From positions 3,456,001 to 3,520,000 of the forward strand of contig CBDFJF010000002.1 in assembly GCA_965248265.1 (NCBI GenBank): a DNA stretch of 64,000 bases. Reading direction: 5' to 3'. Position numbers and translations under genes: made by a program. The notes beneath the pieces are model-generated. The model had not been told where the DNA came from and did no database searches. It saw nothing but the letters and a program-made list of their open reading frames with translations. Origin of the DNA: Candidatus Latescibacterota bacterium. GTDB lineage: Bacteria; Latescibacterota; UBA2968; UBA8231. This document shows positions 59,305 to 64,000 of this stretch, piece after piece (position 1 is the first letter of the stretch; each line of letters opens with the position of its first letter).

Positions 59305-60407
59305 TGGGTCAGACCAGCAGTCTCATCGGCAAGAACAAGGTGGACCTCGACACGCCGGTCCTTTTGATCGATCTGGACGCGTTCGAGCGCAACATCGCCA
59401 CCTTCGTCGATTACTGCAGTGAGGTTGGCACGAACTGGCGCCCCCACAGCAAGGCGCACAAGTGCCCGGAGATCGCCCGCCGGCAGGTGGAGGCCGGGGG
59501 CCTTGGCATAACCTGCGCCAAGCTGTCGGAGGCCGAGGTCATGGTTGCGGGTGGGGTCAACGATATCCTGATCGCGAACCAGATCGTCACTGCCGCCAAG
59601 CAGCAGCGGCTTGCCCAGATGCAGCGTCAAGCCCGGGTGATTTCAACCGTCGACGACGCGGATGTGGCTCGGCGGATGGGCGCGGCGGCGGTCGAAGTCG
59701 GTGAAACCATCCCTCTCCTCATTGACGTCAATATTGGTATGGATCGCACAGGGGTATTGCCTGGGGAGCCCGTGTTGGAACTGGCAGACGTCGTGGCCTC
59801 GACTGATGGTCTTCAACTCGAGGGCATCATGGGGTACGAGGGCCACCTGCTGGATGTGCATCCGCCACTGAAAAAAATCGAGGCCGTGCACACCTGCCTT
59901 GAGGGGTTGGTCCAGAGCAAGAGCCTGCTGCTGGATCGAGGACTGCCCTGTCCGATCGTCAGCGCGGGCGGAACGGGCACCTACCTGATCACGGCGGCCT
60001 ACGATGGCGTCACCGAAATACAGGCCGGTGGCGGCATCTTCACGGACCGGATGTACCGCAAAACCTGCCATGTCGAGACCTTCGACTACGCTCTGACCGT
60101 GTTGGCAACCGTCACCAGCGCGCAGGACGGTCACATCGTCATAGACTCCGGTTTCAAGACCCTCTCGTCCCATCACCAGGAACCCGCCCTCCTGGATTGG
60201 GATGCTCTCAAATTGCGATACCTGTCTGCCGAACACGGCGTCTTCGACCTCGAGCCAGGGAGTGCGGGACCGCGGATTGGCCAGCAGGTCGAACTCATCG
60301 TCGGCTACTCCGACTCGACTACCGTGCTGCACGATCACTTTGTCGGCCTGCGCGATGGCGTTGTTGAAGTCGTGTGGGAGATCCGTGGCAGAGGAAAACT
60401 GACATGA
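59304..60407 (+). CDS. DSD1/D-threonine aldolase family PLP enzyme
   Basis: LDTPVLLID, RPHSKAHK, RTGV, MGYEGH, GGTGT, SAEHG. Confidence 0.9.
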   Translation: MGQTSSLIGKNKVDLDTPVLLIDLDAFERNIATFVDYCSEVGTNWRPHSKAHKCPEIARRQVEAGGLGITCAKLSEAEVMVAGGVNDILIANQIVTAAKQQRLAQMQRQARVISTVDDADVARRMGAAAVEVGETIPLLIDVNIGMDRTGVLPGEPVLELADVVASTDGLQLEGIMGYEGHLLDVHPPLKKIEAVHTCLEGLVQSKSLLLDRGLPCPIVSAGGTGTYLITAAYDGVTEIQAGGGIFTDRMYRKTCHVETFDYALTVLATVTSAQDGHIVIDSGFKTLSSHHQEPALLDWDALKLRYLSAEHGVFDLEPGSAGPRIGQQVELIVGYSDSTTVLHDHFVGLRDGVVEVVWEIRGRGKLT

Positions 60408-60429
60408 ACGGGGGGAGGACTCCCCTGCC

Positions 60430-61614
60430 GTGAACCTCCTCATCGTCACCATCGACAGTTTGCGATTTGACTACGTATCGCGGACGAACCCGCAGATCCA
60501 CACCCCCGATTTCGATCGTGTCGCCGAGGGAATTCTCCACTTCATCCCCACCTGTTTTTCGGTGTCATCGGCAACACGCCCCGTACATACCAGCCTGTTT
60601 TCCGGGTTGTACCCATTCGAACACGGCATCGAGAGCCAGCGCGATGGAACGATCCGCACGGGCACTCCTCGCCTGCTGCGTCTGATGGAACAGCAGTATG
60701 CTACGGTTGCCTTCTCCGAGGCCCCTGAGATCTTCGCCGGCTTGGATCTGGGCCTGCCGGTACAGAGGCTGGACACTGTTCCTGAGCGCGGCCTAGGCCA
60801 GCTGTTCGAGTGGCTGAATGATCGCCGCGGGCACTCCTGCAGTCTGTTCGTCCACTACTGGAGCACCCATGCTCCCTACGGCGCGGCCGACGGTTTGGCT
60901 ATGGGCGAAACCGCACAACTCCTCCACCGCGGCGAGTTGGAGACGGTTCAGCAACGATACCGGGCGGCGATTGTTGAGCTGTTCGAGAAAAAACTCGCCC
61001 CGCTGCTGCGACGATTGGCCCCGGCCGAATGGATGATGGTGATATTGGGGGATCACGGGGAGGCTTGGACAGCGGACGAACTCTACCACGGCCAGAGCCT
61101 GCGCAACGCGGTTCTGAGGGTGCCCTTGTTCATGCACGTGCCCGGTACTGCGCTGATTCCTTCTCCGCCGATCGTTTCGGTCGTCGACTTCTTTCCCACA
61201 CTAGCCAACCTGTTTGGTCTGCCCGTAGACTATCGCGGTTTCGCTAATGATTTGAACGCGGCCGTTGCGCGGGAACACTACTGCCTCGCCGAAATCAAAC
61301 CACTCGATCCGGGTGCCGCGGACGAAGAAGCGCCATCCCACATGGAAGCGGGTTGGTCGCCCCCGCAACGCCGGATATGGGCTCTGTTCGATGAGAAGCG
61401 GAAGTTCACGTTCCAGGAGCACTCGGAATCAGGGGTGTTGCAGGAGACCTTTTCCGAACTGCCGCTCAGTGACAATGCCTCGACGAACTTCACAGTCGCC
61501 TACCAGGAGATGCGGGCCAGCTCTGAGTATGCCCATCGCCCTTTCGAGGCCGCCGCATCCGGGGCCAGATCGCTGATCGACGATCGTCTCAGAGCCCTGG
61601 GTTATCTGTCCTGA
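60430..61614 (+). CDS. Sulfatase-like alkaline-phosphatase-superfamily hydrolase
   Basis: TIDSLRFD, TRPVHTSLFSG (no Cys/Ser FGly motif), HAPY, GDHGE, RLRALGYL. Confidence 0.85.
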   Translation: MNLLIVTIDSLRFDYVSRTNPQIHTPDFDRVAEGILHFIPTCFSVSSATRPVHTSLFSGLYPFEHGIESQRDGTIRTGTPRLLRLMEQQYATVAFSEAPEIFAGLDLGLPVQRLDTVPERGLGQLFEWLNDRRGHSCSLFVHYWSTHAPYGAADGLAMGETAQLLHRGELETVQQRYRAAIVELFEKKLAPLLRRLAPAEWMMVILGDHGEAWTADELYHGQSLRNAVLRVPLFMHVPGTALIPSPPIVSVVDFFPTLANLFGLPVDYRGFANDLNAAVAREHYCLAEIKPLDPGAADEEAPSHMEAGWSPPQRRIWALFDEKRKFTFQEHSESGVLQETFSELPLSDNASTNFTVAYQEMRASSEYAHRPFEAAASGARSLIDDRLRALGYLS

Positions 61615-61641
61615 GCGGTCGGGTCGTCACACAAGCGCTTA

Positions 61642-62061
61642 TCACGAATTTGCGTTGTGGCGAAACAGGGAGGATTTGTATTTCTCAGGATGATGGGGTT
61701 CGAGGATAACGATGTCGCAGTCGGGAAAGGCTTCGCGCAAACCGGGTGGAGATTTCTGATCGTAGCCCAGGGCGATCATGTCGGGGGCTATCTCTTCAAC
61801 GACTCGAAGCAGATTCTTCCCCGGATAGCCCAGGCGAACGTCGGTGACATAGGGCAGGTCACTCACGGCGGACATTCGTTGTTCTTCATTATGGTCCGGG
61901 CGTCTCCCTTTCAAGCGCTCTACGTTTTCATCTCGCGCAACGACCACGTAGAGTTCGGCGCCCAGCGCTGCCGCCTGCTGCAGGAAGGACTCATGTCCGG
62001 GGTGGAAGTGGTCGAAGGTACCACAAGAGAGAACGCGTTTACACATCACCACCCCCGTCAC
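61642..62061 (-). CDS. Cytidylyltransferase-family protein, archaeal-type FAD synthase RibL-like
   Basis: GTFDHFHPGH, VVARD, PDMIALGYDQ, YKSS. Confidence 0.75.
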   Translation of the reverse strand: MTGVVMCKRVLSCGTFDHFHPGHESFLQQAAALGAELYVVVARDENVERLKGRRPDHNEEQRMSAVSDLPYVTDVRLGYPGKNLLRVVEEIAPDMIALGYDQKSPPGLREAFPDCDIVILEPHHPEKYKSSLFRHNANS

Positions 62062-62600
62062 GGCGCCTCGTTGGATCGGCGATCGACCCAGTAGTCGGAC
62101 CCTGTGTCTTCCTTGAAGATCTCGCCAAATCGTTCAGCATCTTCCCTCACCGTGAAGTAACCGATCCGAACGCGCACTCTGCTTTCCCCGCGAATCCCCA
62201 GTGCGTACGCCGGATAGCCGAGCTTGCTCAGCTCCAGGACCCGTTCTCGCGCCGCTCCGGCGTCTTTGTAGATCCCTATCTGCACGGTGAAATCGCCCTC
62301 GCGATCGAAAACGACAGCGCCGGGAAGATGGATGCCCGCGGGCTCAACGTCATCGCGGTCGTCGTCCCCTGCGGCCTCGGTGGAAGCTCCCTCGGAGACC
62401 GCTGATTCGTCGACGATGACGAGTTCGTAACCACCCGTGTCGTCAGCTGTATCACGCTGGTCGTTTGCGGGTGGACCCTCCTCTTCTGAGGTGCATGCCT
62501 GTGTCATCCACACGCAGGCGACCAGGAGGATGGCCGACGGTCTCTTTCTGAGGCCACGCGGGCCGCAGGCAAGCTGGCTGAAGCAGGGCTTCGTCGACAT
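62058..62600 (-). CDS. SPOR-domain lipoprotein
   Basis: Lipobox-like TQAC; FTVQIG...RVRIGYF...AERF. Confidence 0.8.
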   Translation of the reverse strand: MSTKPCFSQLACGPRGLRKRPSAILLVACVWMTQACTSEEEGPPANDQRDTADDTGGYELVIVDESAVSEGASTEAAGDDDRDDVEPAGIHLPGAVVFDREGDFTVQIGIYKDAGAARERVLELSKLGYPAYALGIRGESRVRVRIGYFTVREDAERFGEIFKEDTGSDYWVDRRSNEAP

Positions 62601-62743
62601 AATCGGGGACAGGTGAGTTAGAGGTGCTTGCGTGTTTGGCATGCGCAAGCCGTTATTAGTTTCGAGTAAACGAACCAGTCCGGCAACAGGTGGCAGACAA
62701 CAGTGATCATCTTCAGTGATCATTATTCCAAATTGGGGACACG

Positions 62744-63166
62744 ATGGCCTACCTGTTAATGATCGACGACAACCCTCAGAATCAACGCTACATTGAGAGA
62801 ATCATCAGGCACCGCAGTTCGCACGAGATTGGCTTTGCCGCCACTTCGGTCGAGGCGGTGGAGAAACTCGTTGAACGCCGTCCGGACGTTATCATGCTGG
62901 ACTTGTTCATCCCCGGCGCGGACGGGCTGGAGTTTTTCCAGTCATTGCGCGAGCACCCGGCCACCGCCGACATCCCTATCATCATCCACACCGCAATTCC
63001 ACTTGATCAGCTGACGGAGATGCGCCTGAAACGCGTCACGAGGACGGTGCGGTACGAGGGGTTCATTCAGTTTCCGGTGGAGGCAAGCGAACTCAACCGC
63101 ATTATCGCTATCGCGCTCAAGCGCAACGCTTCCGGGGCTCGAAAATGGGTGCCGCCCAGTGTGTGA
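62744..63166 (+). CDS. Single-domain response regulator (CheY-like, atypical)
   Basis: IDDN, PDVIMLDLFIPGADG, IIHTA; conserved KP replaced by FP. Confidence 0.85.
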   Translation: MAYLLMIDDNPQNQRYIERIIRHRSSHEIGFAATSVEAVEKLVERRPDVIMLDLFIPGADGLEFFQSLREHPATADIPIIIHTAIPLDQLTEMRLKRVTRTVRYEGFIQFPVEASELNRIIAIALKRNASGARKWVPPSV

Positions 63167-63227
63167 GCAGCATGTGTGGGTTGGTGGGGTGGTAGTGAGC
63201 TATAGACGAAGGCGTCAGGGGGCGAGT

Positions 63228-63770
63228 TTACTCTTCCTCTTCCTCACTCCCCTTGGGCTCCAGAAGGCGGGTAATGCGCACGGCCATGAGATCGGTTACC
63301 ACGACGATTTCGCCTTCAGCGAACTGGCGTTCGTTGATCAGAATATCGAATGCTTCTCCAGCCAGCTTGTCCAGGTCGACGACGTCCTGCTCCTTCAGGT
63401 TGGTCAACTCACGGACCGACATTTCCTTGCGACCCAGTTCCACTGTGATGTCCACGTAAACATTGTTGAGTCGACTGGGCTTGGACTTGGGTTTGCCCTG
63501 AGCCGGTATGTCGAGCTGGGCGAAGTGAACGGGCCTGGCTTCATCCTCTTCTTCTTCGTCAATCGAATGACCTCCGGCCTCCCACGCCTGCAGTGCCTCC
63601 TCTATCCCTGAGGGCGGCTCCATACCGGAGCCGTCGGGCTCCATACCGGTGCCGTCGGGCATTGAGGGCTCGCCCCCAAAATCATCGCCCTCATCTACGA
63701 TGCCGTCTTCGAACTGTTCGTCCAGTCCGGCCTCAGCTATCTGTTCTGTTCCTGTGCCGTCTTCTGCCAC
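63228..63770 (-). CDS. fliN: FliN/SpoA-family flagellar switch protein with acidic N-terminus
   Basis: ITVELGR, LDKLAGEAFDILIN, FAEGEIVVV, VRITRL. Confidence 0.85.
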   Translation of the reverse strand: MAEDGTGTEQIAEAGLDEQFEDGIVDEGDDFGGEPSMPDGTGMEPDGSGMEPPSGIEEALQAWEAGGHSIDEEEEDEARPVHFAQLDIPAQGKPKSKPSRLNNVYVDITVELGRKEMSVRELTNLKEQDVVDLDKLAGEAFDILINERQFAEGEIVVVTDLMAVRITRLLEPKGSEEEEE

Positions 63771-64000
63771 GAATTCAACCTGTCTTATCTGCTGTCGAGT
63801 CTTCGCTGCCGGTATGCGGAAATATTTTGCCGCCGCCTACCCTCTTTCAGCTGTGATTGCGGTGCCAGTACGATACCACAAAACCTCAATATAATCAACC
63901 TATTGCACACTCTTCCACTGCTCCCAACACGGTCAGAGTGCATCTGTTGGCATGATCTTTCGCAACATCCGTGCCTGAGCCCTTCCCTCCAGTCGGTCCT

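Noticed and set aside
1-64000. CRISPR array, rRNA or IS transposase
   Set aside because: No regularly spaced repeats, rRNA signatures or transposase motifs found.

Overview
GC-rich bacterial chromosomal window, probably from a diderm bacterium; a Latescibacterota/FCB-like lineage is only an impression. Bases 1-7.36 kb are the right end of a prophage (large virion-type ORF, tail fibre with a peptidase S74 chaperone, small membrane ORFs, tyrosine integrase) abutting tRNA-Gly(CCC). Bases 7.5-27.1 kb are all plus-strand housekeeping genes (der, rimP-nusA-infB-rbfA-truB-riboflavin kinase-rpsO-pnp, asnS, leuS). Bases 27.3-57.7 kb are almost all minus-strand genes (mutL, hprK, rsgA, two prs paralogues with apt, hemB, PRMT-like methyltransferase, metB, thrC, thiT, ychF, NFACT, valS). 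At the point where the two blocks converge sits a stand-alone tyrosine recombinase. It has a perfect 11-6-11 palindrome upstream and a dif-like 11-6-11 site downstream, making it a candidate single-recombinase chromosome dimer resolution locus at the terminus. Other highlights: a tRNA facing away from its prophage and bounded by an 11-bp inverted repeat, a 271-bp tandem duplication at the mutL start, a possible catalytic/pseudoenzyme Prs pair, an acidic protein with repeated FliM/CheZ-type peptides, a split flavin pathway (kinase-only RibF plus RibL-like), a plant-type thrC-CGS pair and a CxxCH-porin fusion. All calls come from motif recognition by eye; no database searches were run.
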